Of a stretch of DNA of 64,000 nt, positions 49,882 to 61,076 are shown piece after piece. Location: contig JACOSX010000017.1 of the NCBI GenBank assembly GCA_016178625.1, forward strand, positions 6,213-70,212, read 5' to 3'. Position 1 is the first letter of the stretch. Each line of letters begins with the position of its first letter. Position numbers and translations under genes: made by a program. The notes beneath the pieces were generated by a model that had not been told where the DNA came from, made no database searches, and worked only from the letters and a program-made list of their open reading frames with translations. The stretch is from Ignavibacteria bacterium (GTDB lineage: Bacteria > Bacteroidota > Ignavibacteria > UBA10030 > SZUA-254).

Positions 49882-50739
49882 ATGGATATTAAGAATGTAA
49901 CAGTCATCGGCGCAGGGACCATGGGCAACGGTATCGCGCATGTGTTTGCACAATATGGATTTTCGGTTACTCTCAATGACATCAAACAGGATTTCATCGA
50001 CCGTGGCTTGAAAACGATCTCATCGAATCTGGATCGGCAAGTAAAAAAAGCGATTATCACGGAGCAACAGAAACAAGAGACTCTTTCCCGCATTTGTTCT
50101 ACAACTTCCCTTGAAGAATCCGTGAAGGTTGCAGACATTGTTGTAGAGGCGGCTACGGAAGACCAATCCATCAAGAAACAGATCTTCAAGACTATTGATG
50201 CCGCGTCTCCACAACGATCTCTTTTGGCATCCAACACCTCGTCGATCTCCATCACCGAACTTGCTGCTTCAACCAAACGACCCGGGAACGTCATCGGAAT
50301 GCATTTCATGAATCCGGTGCCTCTCATGAAATTGGTGGAAATTATTCGTGGTTTGGCGACTACCGATGAAACGCTTCACGCTGTTACGGCACTCGCGCAG
50401 AGGTTAGAAAAAGTCCCAATCGAAGTGCACGATTATCCTGGATTTATTTCAAATCGGATTTTACTGCCGATGATCAACGAAGCAATCTACTGTGTGATGG
50501 AAGGAGTTGCAACCCCGGAGGCGATTGATACTGTCATGAAATTAGGTATGAATCACCCGATGGGACCGCTCGCGCTTGCTGATTTCATCGGTTTGGATGT
50601 TTGCCTCTCGATCATGAAAGTTCTCCACGAAGGGCTTGGAGACGCAAAATATCGCCCGTGTCCTCTCCTGAAAAAGATGGTTGCAGCGGGTCATTTGGGA
50701 AGGAAAACAGGACGAGGATTCTATGAGTATAAACCATAG
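49882..50739 (+). CDS. 3-hydroxybutyryl-CoA dehydrogenase
   Basis: [12 protein letters not shown] Rossmann motif; 3-hydroxyacyl-CoA dehydrogenase signature. Confidence 0.85.
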   Translation: MDIKNVTVIGAGTMGNGIAHVFAQYGFSVTLNDIKQDFIDRGLKTISSNLDRQVKKAIITEQQKQETLSRICSTTSLEESVKVADIVVEAATEDQSIKKQIFKTIDAASPQRSLLASNTSSISITELAASTKRPGNVIGMHFMNPVPLMKLVEIIRGLATTDETLHAVTALAQRLEKVPIEVHDYPGFISNRILLPMINEAIYCVMEGVATPEAIDTVMKLGMNHPMGPLALADFIGLDVCLSIMKVLHEGLGDAKYRPCPLLKKMVAAGHLGRKTGRGFYEYKP

Positions 50740-50780
50740 CAAGCCGTTGGCTCGAATAACGGCTATATCTCTCATCTTCC

Positions 50781-51938
50781 TTGATCAGCATACGTATGAA
50801 TTTTGACTTTAGTGAAACACAGCTCATGATTAGGGAGACAGCTCGAAAGTTCGCGGAGGAAGAGATCGCTCCTTCGGCATCAGAGCGTGATGAAAAAGAA
50901 GAGTTTCCCACCGAAGCTGTCAAGAAACTCGGTGAGCTTGGGTTTATGGGTATGATGGTCCCAGAACAGTATGGTGGTTCATCGCTCGATACGGTTAGCT
51001 ATGTTCTTGCCATTGAAGAGGTCTCCAAAGTTGATGCTTCGTGCGGTGTCATCATGTCGGTGAACAATTCGTTGGTCTGCTTTGGATTAAATCAGTGGGG
51101 ATCGGAAGAACAGAAGCAAAAGTATTTGGCTCCATTGGCGGTTGGCAAGAAACTGGGAGCCTTTGCACTTTCTGAACCGGAGGCAGGGAGCGATGCGTCA
51201 AATCAGCGGACGAGGGCAACGCGCGACGGCGACTATTATGTCTTAAATGGGACTAAGAACTTTATTACAAATGGCGCGAATGCTGATGTTGTGCTCGTAA
51301 TGGCGACAACTGATAAATCGAAAGGTGCCAATGGTGTCAGCACCTTTATTGTGGAAAAGGAAACACCCGGCTTCTCAGTTGCAAAGAAGGAAAAGAAGCT
51401 TGGCATCAGAAGTTCAGATACGGTTTCTCTTGCCTTTCAGGATTGCCGTGTTCCGGTCGCGAATCGAATTGGAGAGGAAGGGTTTGGTTTCAAATTCGCG
51501 ATGAAGACGCTTGATGGAGGTCGAATCGGGATTGCCGCACAGGCATCGGGAATCGCCAAGGCGTCATTGGAAGCGTCAATCAGATATGCAAAGCAACGAA
51601 AGGCATTCGGTAAATACATCGCTGAATTTCAGGCAATCCAGTTCAAGCTCGCTGATATGGCGACGAACATCGACGCTGCCCGGATGTTGATCTTCAAAGC
51701 TGCTGCATTAAAAGATGCTGGACAACCGTACGCTCTGGTCGCAGCGATGGCGAAGTTGTATGCTTCCAAGGTCGCGGTCGGATCCGCTCTTGAGGCAATC
51801 CAAATTCATGGCGGATATGGATATATTAAAGATTACTCAGTCGAGCGGTATTTACGAGATGCAAAGATTACTGAAATCTATGAGGGAACGTCAGAGGTGC
51901 AGCGGATTGTCATTTCACGCGCATTATTGAGAGATTAG
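50781..51938 (+). CDS. acyl-CoA dehydrogenase (butyryl-CoA dehydrogenase-like)
   Basis: ACAD family motifs; catalytic Glu in YEGTSEVQ. Confidence 0.85.
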   Translation: MISIRMNFDFSETQLMIRETARKFAEEEIAPSASERDEKEEFPTEAVKKLGELGFMGMMVPEQYGGSSLDTVSYVLAIEEVSKVDASCGVIMSVNNSLVCFGLNQWGSEEQKQKYLAPLAVGKKLGAFALSEPEAGSDASNQRTRATRDGDYYVLNGTKNFITNGANADVVLVMATTDKSKGANGVSTFIVEKETPGFSVAKKEKKLGIRSSDTVSLAFQDCRVPVANRIGEEGFGFKFAMKTLDGGRIGIAAQASGIAKASLEASIRYAKQRKAFGKYIAEFQAIQFKLADMATNIDAARMLIFKAAALKDAGQPYALVAAMAKLYASKVAVGSALEAIQIHGGYGYIKDYSVERYLRDAKITEIYEGTSEVQRIVISRALLRD

Positions 51939-51975
51939 AAATAGGTAACATATACTCACTCATGAGGGAGTTCCA

Positions 51976-52461
51976 ATGAATCGACCCGTACACCTTTTGC
52001 TTTTGTTTTCTCTTCTTCTTTTTACACAAATTGTCTGCTCGCAGACCTTATCTATCGGAGGTAGGGCTGGACTTTCGATTTTTAGTTACGGGGGGTCGTC
52101 TGCTGGGATCCAACTGGGTCCCACCTTTGACTATGAGTTCTCTAAAGGGATGTTAGTCGGCTCCGATCTTCTTCTCAATACTCAGGATGGCACTCCCATC
52201 GAATGGTCTAACTATTACAAATATTTCATTGATATTCCCAAAACCGATATTAAACCTTATGTGAATGGAGGTTTCGGCCTTTGGTTTTATTCAGGGGGAT
52301 CAGCGTTCGGATTACAAATAGGTGGCGGGTCTTATTTTAGAATCGCCCCGAATCTTTATGTGCCGGCAGATATTCAGTTTGGACCCGTCTTCACTTCTGG
52401 GTCATCGACATTTTTCTTCGCTATGTCATCAGGGATTCGGTATATTCTCCCAAATAAATGA
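51976..52461 (+). CDS. small outer-membrane beta-barrel protein
   Basis: Signal peptide; alternating hydrophobic beta-strands; C-terminal aromatic residue. Confidence 0.5.
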   Translation: MNRPVHLLLLFSLLLFTQIVCSQTLSIGGRAGLSIFSYGGSSAGIQLGPTFDYEFSKGMLVGSDLLLNTQDGTPIEWSNYYKYFIDIPKTDIKPYVNGGFGLWFYSGGSAFGLQIGGGSYFRIAPNLYVPADIQFGPVFTSGSSTFFFAMSSGIRYILPNK

Positions 52462-52789
52462 CGTTATAGTACGGTTTATAGAGGTTCGCTTTACTCTTGG
52501 TCAGATTTTTTGATGAGAATTCCACTCGAGTTTCAAGCTAATGAAAGCCAGGGAGCTTCTGCTGTCGGATAATATTTCGGGATCTCGAACAGGTATAGTT
52601 CATTGAATTTTTGTTGAAAGATTATCATTTTTGCCTCTTTCAGATGCCTAAAGCTCTTATCTGATTCACTTCAAGCAAGAGGTGAAAATAACACTTGACA
52701 AATGTTTAAATTTTTACTATACTCTAACCGTTCTTTTAGAAATGGTATATAATTCACTAATTCCAAATATTTTCTTGGAAGGATTACTC

Positions 52790-53374
52790 ATGAGAAAACT
52801 TTTTTTACTTCTTGTAGCCGCAATACTAGTGCTTAATTTACCCATGTTCGGTCAGGATGCAACGACTGGCGGATGGACCTTGACGGTAGGCGCTGGTGGT
52901 GGGGTTCCAGTAGGCGATTTCAATAATGCCTCGAATTTTGGAATCGGTGGGGTAGCATCGTTGGGTTATGTCGCTGATCCAAACTTCACAGTTTCCGCTA
53001 CGTCTGGGTATCTGCATTTTAGTGGGAAGGATGTTACGTCAGGCGGCTATACTTTTTCAACAGCAGTGAACATTGTTCCCATCTTGGTTGGTGGTCAGTA
53101 CTTCTTCATGCCACCGGGAGATGTTCGTGTTTATGGTGCCGCCAATGCTGGGCTTTATCTCTTGAGCTACAGTGCGAGTACGAATGTCAGCGGGGTAAGT
53201 GTTAGTGGAAGCACCAGCGAATCAAAGTTCGGAGTTTCACCAACATTAGGTGCCCAATTCAAGGCTGGCGACAAGATGAACGTTGATGTGAACGCAAACT
53301 ACACGGCAGTGTTCACTGACAACACAACTACAAGCTGGGTCGGGTTTGGCATCGGTTTGGAGTTTGGATTGTAA
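52790..53374 (+). CDS. outer-membrane beta-barrel (porin-family) protein
   Basis: Start at MRKLFLLLVAAIL signal peptide (internal Met of the track ORF); ends ...GLEFGL. Confidence 0.5.
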   Translation: MRKLFLLLVAAILVLNLPMFGQDATTGGWTLTVGAGGGVPVGDFNNASNFGIGGVASLGYVADPNFTVSATSGYLHFSGKDVTSGGYTFSTAVNIVPILVGGQYFFMPPGDVRVYGAANAGLYLLSYSASTNVSGVSVSGSTSESKFGVSPTLGAQFKAGDKMNVDVNANYTAVFTDNTTTSWVGFGIGLEFGL

Positions 53375-53491
53375 AAATATATAGTTAAAAGCTATTGTTG
53401 AAGGCGGCCTTTTGGTCGCCTTCTATGTATAAAGATCATGGTAAGTCGAGATATACAAATAACTAATTTTCCACATTTTCAGAGGAGTCGT

Positions 53492-54898
53492 ATGAAACAA
53501 TTTGCTATCGTAGCAGTGCTTGTGGTGGCAATGGGAAGCATTGCGTTATCACAAGCGAAGCCCGGTGGTATTGCGCGCCAGGTCGCTATGGGTGGTTCTC
53601 AAGCTGGTACAGGGCTTGTCCTCAATCCCTTCATTATGGATGACCCTGCAGTCATGCTCGTAAACCCCGCGTACCAGGCGATGTATAAAGACTATGGGTG
53701 GTCAAACGTTGCGGGAGGTGGTCTGACCGGACTTTCAACGGCTGGTGGTCCGATCGGTAACGATGGTTATGGCCATCAGTCTGCTGGAATTGCTTTCGGA
53801 CTAAACAGTGATTGGAATCTCGGGGCAATTCTGAGCTATGACCCATCAGCAGTGAATTTTGTTAACACGCTGATTTCTAATTCCAGTGGTTTATTCCCTG
53901 CTTCGATCGTGAGAAGTACCAATGGTCGATTTCCTCAGGGTATTCCTCCAGTCGCAAACGTTTGGGAAGTAGTTATATCGAATCATATGAGTTCAGCGGA
54001 TTGGGGATTCGGAGTGATGTATGGTTGGTCGAACACGGATACAAAAGCTACCGCTGCTGGTCCACCAGCCTCCTCTGGGAGTTCAGAAGCCTCTTCAAAC
54101 GTGTGGGGATTCAGGGCTGGTGTGAATGTTCCTTTTGGATCTGGTAATTCTTTTGACGCGAGTGCATCGCTTCGATTGGATAAGGCAAATGACAAGAAGT
54201 CTACTTCGCCAATTGTCGCTGCGAACACCGGTGATTTTTCAGCGTCAGGAACTGAATTTCAGGTTAACGCTCGTGCCAAGTTCAATGTATCCAGCAAGTT
54301 TAATTTCATCCCCTACGGAACTCTCGTCACGGTTTCTGCGGAGCCGAAGGAGGATGTTCCCCCAAGTGGATTGACGGCAACAACCGTGAGTGAGAAGGCA
54401 AGTGTGTTAGCGTACGCGGTAGGTGCGGGGGGTGAATATAAGACCTCTACATTCTACTTCGCCGGTGGAGTCAGTTGGCAGTCTGCACGGATCAAAGCTG
54501 AGTCTACAGCCCCGCCGACACCAACTGCCACCACTACTGCTACCTACACCGCACTTCCCGTGTTCAACCTGGGCGGCGAGTGGTGGTTTACAGATTGGCT
54601 TGCTGGGCGTGCGGGGTATTACCGATCGATCGGGAATTTCAATTTAAAAACCGAATCAGCCTCGGGGACGTTCGAAGGGAATCTCACTGTCCCGAACAGT
54701 GCCATTGCAATCGGCGCGATCAGCCCTACCAATTTCGATGGTCTGGTTACGTTGGGTCTCGGCTTTAAGTTCGGTGGTGCCGCAATTGATGCCACGGTAA
54801 GCGAAGAAGCCCTTCGTCGCGGTCTCGGGCTCATCGGTGCATCGGATAATATCAACACGTTTGGTTACATGACTGCAAGCTATTATTTCGGCGAGTAA
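53492..54898 (+). CDS. outer-membrane beta-barrel protein (hypothetical porin/transporter)
   Basis: Start at MKQFAIVAVL with a GGAG RBS; Gly/aromatic-rich; C-terminal ...SYYFGE. Confidence 0.5.
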   Translation: MKQFAIVAVLVVAMGSIALSQAKPGGIARQVAMGGSQAGTGLVLNPFIMDDPAVMLVNPAYQAMYKDYGWSNVAGGGLTGLSTAGGPIGNDGYGHQSAGIAFGLNSDWNLGAILSYDPSAVNFVNTLISNSSGLFPASIVRSTNGRFPQGIPPVANVWEVVISNHMSSADWGFGVMYGWSNTDTKATAAGPPASSGSSEASSNVWGFRAGVNVPFGSGNSFDASASLRLDKANDKKSTSPIVAANTGDFSASGTEFQVNARAKFNVSSKFNFIPYGTLVTVSAEPKEDVPPSGLTATTVSEKASVLAYAVGAGGEYKTSTFYFAGGVSWQSARIKAESTAPPTPTATTTATYTALPVFNLGGEWWFTDWLAGRAGYYRSIGNFNLKTESASGTFEGNLTVPNSAIAIGAISPTNFDGLVTLGLGFKFGGAAIDATVSEEALRRGLGLIGASDNINTFGYMTASYYFGE

Positions 54899-54921
54899 TT
54901 TTGTACGCCTCGCTGTTTCTT

Positions 54922-54956
54922 GGGCGACCGCGTTTCTCGGTCGCCCTTTTTATTTT
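54922..54956 (+). terminator. Rho-independent terminator
   Basis: GGGCGACC...GGTCGCCC hairpin followed by TTTTTATTTT. Confidence 0.65.
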
Positions 54957-55026
54957 CTGTTTGTGCACGAGGTGAATTATTTGTACATTTTATTGAAGTA
55001 GGTTATCTTTAGTACATGTCTTTCTG

Positions 55027-58000
55027 ATGGCAACGAGACGGTTCTCGACAGGTCTTCCAAAGCTTGACAACTATATAGGTGGACTCCTTCCCGGCGATGC
55101 CTTACTCACCTTTGTCTCTCAGAACGCTCACGGCAATGATCTCATCTCGTCAATCATAGGTTATGCAAGCGCTTCACATATTCCCCTTCTGTACATTTCA
55201 CTGGATGATTGCTATAAGAGGGAGATCGGTCAATATTCAAAGCTAAAATACATCAACATCTCGCCGACACTAAAGCCGCCCACCATCGTTAAGACTGTCA
55301 AGCGCTTTCTCTCGAAATATGCCAGAGACGGATATCTTATTACGGATGATCTTTCCTCGTGGAAGAAATACCTACACAGCGATCGAAAGGTGAACGATCT
55401 TTACACTGTTCTGACAGCATTTGCTGAACAGAGGCGCATAGTTCTCGCGTGCACTGCCTCCCGTGGGGCTTTTTCAAGGGAGACCCTTGCGAATCTCAAG
55501 GATGTATCCACAATCTGCCTTGACTTCATTAGATACGGAGGCAACGAATATTGCGTTCCACTTTCATTGAGAGGAAGATACATTTCCCATGGAATCCTTC
55601 CGCTCCGTTTTCAGCTATACGAGCTGACGAGTCCCGTTCGAGAGAATCCATCCTCTGAAGTGGAATTGTCCTCCTTGCTCACCGAAAAACAATCCAAAGA
55701 GCTTGATGCGCTCTTGATGAATGATGAGCGAAAATACCTGCAGATATTTCATGGGTCTGCCGAGGCGATGGTCTTATTTGATCTCGATGGAGATTATCGA
55801 GAGATCAATAAACAGATGGAAACCATTTTGGGATATTCGAGTGCGGAATTTCGCCTCATTCCACCGACATCTATTGTGCTTCCGTCAGAACGCATCCGAT
55901 TTCTTCGAAAGATCGTTGAGCTTCAGCGACGAAAGCGGGGTTTCATCACTCTTACAGTTGCAAAGAAAAATGGGAAGCATCTTCCCATAGAGTTTCATGC
56001 GTCGAATATCTCTGATGATTTATACCTCGGTATCCTACACGACATCACCGAATCTCAGCAAAGAGAGATGGCTCTCCTCCAACGAGAAGAAGAATATCAA
56101 AGGCTCGTCGAAGGTCTCCCATTCCCGATCATTGTATCTCACAATCGGAAGATACTTTTTGTGAACAGCGCGTTTTTCAAGATGTTCGGATACTCGAAAG
56201 ACGATGGTATGGGAGTGTGGGCAATAAACGATCTGCTCACTCCCGAATCGATGAGAACATATCAGAAGACACTTCGAGAGCGAACTTCATTTGTTGAACC
56301 GTTCACCTTCGAGGTCCATTGCTTACGCCGTGATGGGACCGTATTCGAAAGCGAACTGACGCTGACAGACATTCCATTTCGCGGGAAGAAGTGCCTTCAC
56401 CATAGCCTGGTCGATATCTCCACGACGAAAGGTCTTGTCGAGAAATTAACCGCTTCGGAGGAACGATATAGAACACTTGTGGAAACATCGAGCCAACCGG
56501 TGACGATAATCCGCGAAGGGAAATTTATTTTTGCGAATAAAGCATTCTATGAATTGTTTGGATTTGAAACAGATCAACAAGTCATCGACCATGACATCTC
56601 ACTTGTTGTGGCTGATGATGAGCGTGAACGATTTGCTGAGACAATGCGCAAACGCTTATCTTCCAAGGGATTGTCGACGATTGAGTTTGGAGGAGTTCGC
56701 ACTGATGGAAAGAACATCACCATAGAGCTTGTTTTGCATCCGGTGCAAGAGCACGAGAGCCCAGTTCTTCTTGGATTTTATTATGATCGGACCACGGATC
56801 AGCAGATCAAGAGAGAACTTCACCAACGGACAAGTGAGATGGCTCTTCTCAAGGAAGTCCTGCCGGCTCTTCAAAGTTCCTTGGATGCTCACCGCCTTGA
56901 GCAGGCGGCAATGCATAGGATTATGGATGTATTGTCGTGGGCGAGTGGTGGAATCTATACCATCGATGAGAAGAGCAAACAGTTCGTCTTGGGATATCAT
57001 CGAAACATGTCTGACGTGCTTGTACGAAAGCTCTCTTCCATGAGTGTTGATGAAGGGATAGGCGGCTATCTCTACAAGACACTTGAGCCACGAGTGTTTT
57101 CCACGGACCACTATCCCAGTTATCTACCGCATCGTTCCAGTTTCCGCGATGCGGGATTCCAGAAGGTATGCTTTCTTCCTTTGGTCTCTCACGAGAAGCT
57201 TGTGGGGTTGATCATCCTAGGGGCAAAAAAGGACACTCCCGCTCTTGCGTCAGAGTCAGTAGATCTTCTCACGGCGATTGGCAACTATTTGGGAAACGCA
57301 CTCGCGACGGCTAAGGCACATCGCGAGATCAGCGAATCAGAAAAGAAGAAACACCGACTCATTGACTCAAGTCCGAATGTGTTGTATATCGCTTTACCAA
57401 CCGGGTCTTTCGTCAGCGTCAACGCGGGAATCGAACGGCTTGTGGGATATTCACCAAAAGATTTCTCTCGTAATCCCTCCCTATGGTTAAAAGTTGTTCA
57501 CCCGGATGACAAGAAGATTCTTCTGGAGCGTACTACTCAACTACATGGCTTGGGTGAACGCTCTGTGACTGAATACCGCGTTCTTCCAAAAGGGAAGGCA
57601 TTGTACCGTTGGGTTCAAGATGTCGTTTCGATTGTTCGCGATGACTCAGGGAACGTCACGGAATTACTTGGAGAGATCTGTGACATCACGGAACAAAAGG
57701 TGTTGATCGATCAACTGAGAGATGAAAGCGTGCTTCATACGAATATTCTCTTCAGCGTCCCTGAAGGTGTGGTTGTGTTTGATCGCAGTCTCAAATGCTT
57801 GAAGTGGAACAATGCGATGGAAAACATCACGAGTATCCGAGAGGAAGACGTTCTGGGGAAAGATGTCGTGAAGTCTCTCCCAGGTGTTGATGGGCAGGAA
57901 TTCGAGCAAATGATTCGCACGGTGATGCGCGGGGAAGTTGTAACTTCGCGCGATCTCCCCTACACCGTCTCCGGAACGAAGAATGTCGGCTACCTTTGGG

Positions 58001-61000
58001 GTAGATTTTCCCCTTTGCACAACGCCGAAGGCAACATCACGGGTATCATTGGTGTGTTCACTGACATTAGTGCGCGGAAGAGCCTTGAGACTGAGATGCG
58101 AGAATCGGAACAAGTCCTCACCAATGTCATCGACACGATGGGTGATATTTTGGTCGTCACGGACCTACGAGGCAAGGTTCTCCAGGTCAATCGTGCATTC
58201 CTTCGGACTCTCGGTTATGCGAGAGCTGATGCAGTAGGAGTAGAGTTTCCGTATCCATGGTTGATTGAAGAGGAGATGGGTCGCTTCGTCCTTTGGATTT
58301 CCAACCTTCGGGAACGGAATTGGCTCCATGATTTTGACATGACCTGGAAAGCGATGGACGGTCGCCTCATTTCGATGAGCTTGAGCACAACGCTCTTGAG
58401 GAATTCACTCGGAGAGCCAATCGCGATGCTCAATATTGCTCGAGATATCACCGAACGCACCCTCCTCACCAAAGACTTGGAAAAGCGGACCAAGCAAATT
58501 GAGATGATCAATCGGATCATTAGCAAGGCGAACCAAACGTTGGATTTCGATGAGATTTTTGGTGTCATCGCCAAGGAGATCATGACGATTATCCCTGCCG
58601 ACGTCATTAGTGTGGGCGTATTAAACGACGATCATGTGTCGCTTCGGGTTCGCGCACTCACAGGGCATAATTTGTTCTGGAACCGGGATGTTATTCCGGT
58701 TGACCAGAGCATCTCACAGTATGCAATCCGGGATCAGAAACCGGTGATCATCCACGATTTGTTGACTCATTCTTACCACACACGTTTTGTCTCTCTCGAT
58801 AAGGGATTAAGGTCCCACGTCTCCCTTCCAATTCTCTTGAAAGGAAAAGCATTCGGCACGCTCAATGTGGGAAGCAAAGAGCCACATTCCTTCTCCGATG
58901 ACCATGTCAAAATTCTGGCGCCAATAGCACAACAGATTGGTGCTATCATTGACCGGATAAGTTTGTTTAATCAAGTGACGGAAGATGCCTCCTATATCCA
59001 CAATCTTCTGGATTCGATCGATAGCATCGTGTACACTGTTGATACGCATTTAAGTATCCGGGAGGTCAATAAGGCGTGGGATGTGTTCATGCATGAGCAG
59101 GGTGTTCAGAGGTTGGTTGAGTATCACGGGAAACATCTCTTCGATATGTTGCCCAGCGAGACACTCAAGGTCACATATCAGAATGTGGTCGATCGGTTAT
59201 TGAATGGAACGCTGCACATTTTTTCCCAGGAATACGTGCACCGAGGTCCTTCCGGCGAACGAGTCTATCAGCTTACAATCAATCCCATGATCATCGACAC
59301 GAAAATCACGGGCTTGGTGTTTACCCATACTGATATTACAGCATTGAAGAAGTCTGAGGAGGAGCTCAAGAAAGGAAACGAACAACTCCTCGCGCTCAAT
59401 GAAATTTCTTCCCTCATCAGCACATCGTTTGATCTGGATGAAATGCTCCATGCCGCACTCCCGTTAATCAGAAAAGTCATTGACGCAACAGCGGTAATTG
59501 TCTATCTTCAAGAATCCGTCGGTGATCTCGTCTGCGCGCATCAGGTCGGATTCAGCACGGAACGGCTTGAGATGATTCGCCGCCTGAGTCCAACAGAGTC
59601 GGCGACCGGTGAGGTCATAAGAACCAAACAACCCCTCTACATTTCAGAACAGGTGTACATTGATTACCGCATCCTCCCACAAAACCGGGCTGTATTGAAG
59701 GAGGATCACCTTGAAGCGATGGCCGTGATACCGCTCATTTCGAAGGATAAGGTACTTGGCGCGCTTGATATCTTCTTCGATAGCCGGCATGTATTCACCG
59801 CGCATGAGCAGCAGCTCCTCACACTCATCGGGAATCAGCTTGGCGCCGCGATCGAAAATGTGCAGCTTTACTCTGAGTTACGCTTTCAGATCGATCGGTT
59901 GACCGTGCTCTTTGAATTTAGCCAGCAGTTGACCTCAACGCTGAACATCGATGAGATTTTCCGTGTTGTGTACGAGAATGTTCATCACATCATCCCCTAT
60001 GAGCGATTCTCTATTGATCTCTACGACGACGCGGCAAAAACAAAGAGCCCCGCGTTCTGCATCGAGTCAAGAGATGGCGAGCAGATTTTCATCACCACAC
60101 TCTCTGAGCCAACTGTCATCGTGACCAAAAGCCCTGAGTGGAATGTTGTCTCGAGGAAACACTCATTTCAGTCGGGAGACAAACGAGCAATGTATGTCCC
60201 GATGCTTTCAAAGGGGAGTATCATCGGTATCATGTCGGTGCGTGCCGGTCAGCAGACTACGTATACCGATATTCATCTGAAGTTGCTAGAAAGTATCAGC
60301 AATCTTGCCGCAATCGCTCTCGAAAAAGGAAAGCTGTATGAAGAGACAGTTCAGAAATCTCTCGAGATCCAACGACGCAATAAGGAGCTTGATGACTTCA
60401 CCTACGTCGTCTCACACGATCTGAAAGAACCTCTCATCAGCATCGAAGGGTTCAGTCGGATACTACAAGCCGATTATCACGAGATCATTCAACCTGAAGG
60501 TAAAGAGTACTTCGACTCGATTGTCGGCGCCACGACGCGAATGAAGGGCTTGATTGACGACTTGCTCTTGCTCTCTCGTATCAGTCGGCCCTCGGAATCG
60601 TTCAAGCCGGTCGATCTCAAGACTGTTATCAACGACATCGCGACCGACCTAGAGTTCACGATACGGCAAAAAGGCGCCCAAATCGTCATTCCAGATGAAT
60701 TACCAACAATTTTCGGCAATGAAACTCACCTGAAAATCGTGTTCCGAAACTTGATTGGGAATGCAATCAAATTCAATGACAAACCCAATCCCCGCGTCGA
60801 GATCGGATTTCAAAATGCGGAAAATAATTCTTATCTTTTCACTATAAAGGACAATGGCATAGGCATTGACAAAGACTTTCACGAGAAAATCTTCGTGATC
60901 TTTCAACGCCTCCATCGTCGAGAAGAGTATGAAGGAAGTGGGGCTGGTTTAGCTATTGTTAAGAAAATCATCGAATTACATAAAGGGAGCATTTGGGTTG

Positions 61001-61068
61001 ATTCAGAACCGGGCAAAGGCTCAACGTTCTCCTTCACGCTGCCGAAATTGCAATCACATGAATCATAG
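55027..61068 (+). CDS. 2013-aa multi-sensor histidine kinase: degenerate KaiC/RecA-like N-domain, multiple PAS and GAF domains, HisKA, HATPase
   Basis: N-terminal STGLPKLDNYIGGLLPGDALLTF resembles the KaiC/RAD55 ATPase fold but lacks a GxxxxGK(T/S) P-loop; H box YVVSHDLKEPL; DNGIGI and GSGAGLAIV ATPase motifs. Confidence 0.75.
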   Translation: MATRRFSTGLPKLDNYIGGLLPGDALLTFVSQNAHGNDLISSIIGYASASHIPLLYISLDDCYKREIGQYSKLKYINISPTLKPPTIVKTVKRFLSKYARDGYLITDDLSSWKKYLHSDRKVNDLYTVLTAFAEQRRIVLACTASRGAFSRETLANLKDVSTICLDFIRYGGNEYCVPLSLRGRYISHGILPLRFQLYELTSPVRENPSSEVELSSLLTEKQSKELDALLMNDERKYLQIFHGSAEAMVLFDLDGDYREINKQMETILGYSSAEFRLIPPTSIVLPSERIRFLRKIVELQRRKRGFITLTVAKKNGKHLPIEFHASNISDDLYLGILHDITESQQREMALLQREEEYQRLVEGLPFPIIVSHNRKILFVNSAFFKMFGYSKDDGMGVWAINDLLTPESMRTYQKTLRERTSFVEPFTFEVHCLRRDGTVFESELTLTDIPFRGKKCLHHSLVDISTTKGLVEKLTASEERYRTLVETSSQPVTIIREGKFIFANKAFYELFGFETDQQVIDHDISLVVADDERERFAETMRKRLSSKGLSTIEFGGVRTDGKNITIELVLHPVQEHESPVLLGFYYDRTTDQQIKRELHQRTSEMALLKEVLPALQSSLDAHRLEQAAMHRIMDVLSWASGGIYTIDEKSKQFVLGYHRNMSDVLVRKLSSMSVDEGIGGYLYKTLEPRVFSTDHYPSYLPHRSSFRDAGFQKVCFLPLVSHEKLVGLIILGAKKDTPALASESVDLLTAIGNYLGNALATAKAHREISESEKKKHRLIDSSPNVLYIALPTGSFVSVNAGIERLVGYSPKDFSRNPSLWLKVVHPDDKKILLERTTQLHGLGERSVTEYRVLPKGKALYRWVQDVVSIVRDDSGNVTELLGEICDITEQKVLIDQLRDESVLHTNILFSVPEGVVVFDRSLKCLKWNNAMENITSIREEDVLGKDVVKSLPGVDGQEFEQMIRTVMRGEVVTSRDLPYTVSGTKNVGYLWGRFSPLHNAEGNITGIIGVFTDISARKSLETEMRESEQVLTNVIDTMGDILVVTDLRGKVLQVNRAFLRTLGYARADAVGVEFPYPWLIEEEMGRFVLWISNLRERNWLHDFDMTWKAMDGRLISMSLSTTLLRNSLGEPIAMLNIARDITERTLLTKDLEKRTKQIEMINRIISKANQTLDFDEIFGVIAKEIMTIIPADVISVGVLNDDHVSLRVRALTGHNLFWNRDVIPVDQSISQYAIRDQKPVIIHDLLTHSYHTRFVSLDKGLRSHVSLPILLKGKAFGTLNVGSKEPHSFSDDHVKILAPIAQQIGAIIDRISLFNQVTEDASYIHNLLDSIDSIVYTVDTHLSIREVNKAWDVFMHEQGVQRLVEYHGKHLFDMLPSETLKVTYQNVVDRLLNGTLHIFSQEYVHRGPSGERVYQLTINPMIIDTKITGLVFTHTDITALKKSEEELKKGNEQLLALNEISSLISTSFDLDEMLHAALPLIRKVIDATAVIVYLQESVGDLVCAHQVGFSTERLEMIRRLSPTESATGEVIRTKQPLYISEQVYIDYRILPQNRAVLKEDHLEAMAVIPLISKDKVLGALDIFFDSRHVFTAHEQQLLTLIGNQLGAAIENVQLYSELRFQIDRLTVLFEFSQQLTSTLNIDEIFRVVYENVHHIIPYERFSIDLYDDAAKTKSPAFCIESRDGEQIFITTLSEPTVIVTKSPEWNVVSRKHSFQSGDKRAMYVPMLSKGSIIGIMSVRAGQQTTYTDIHLKLLESISNLAAIALEKGKLYEETVQKSLEIQRRNKELDDFTYVVSHDLKEPLISIEGFSRILQADYHEIIQPEGKEYFDSIVGATTRMKGLIDDLLLLSRISRPSESFKPVDLKTVINDIATDLEFTIRQKGAQIVIPDELPTIFGNETHLKIVFRNLIGNAIKFNDKPNPRVEIGFQNAENNSYLFTIKDNGIGIDKDFHEKIFVIFQRLHRREEYEGSGAGLAIVKKIIELHKGSIWVDSEPGKGSTFSFTLPKLQSHES

Positions 61069-61076
61069 GATCGTAC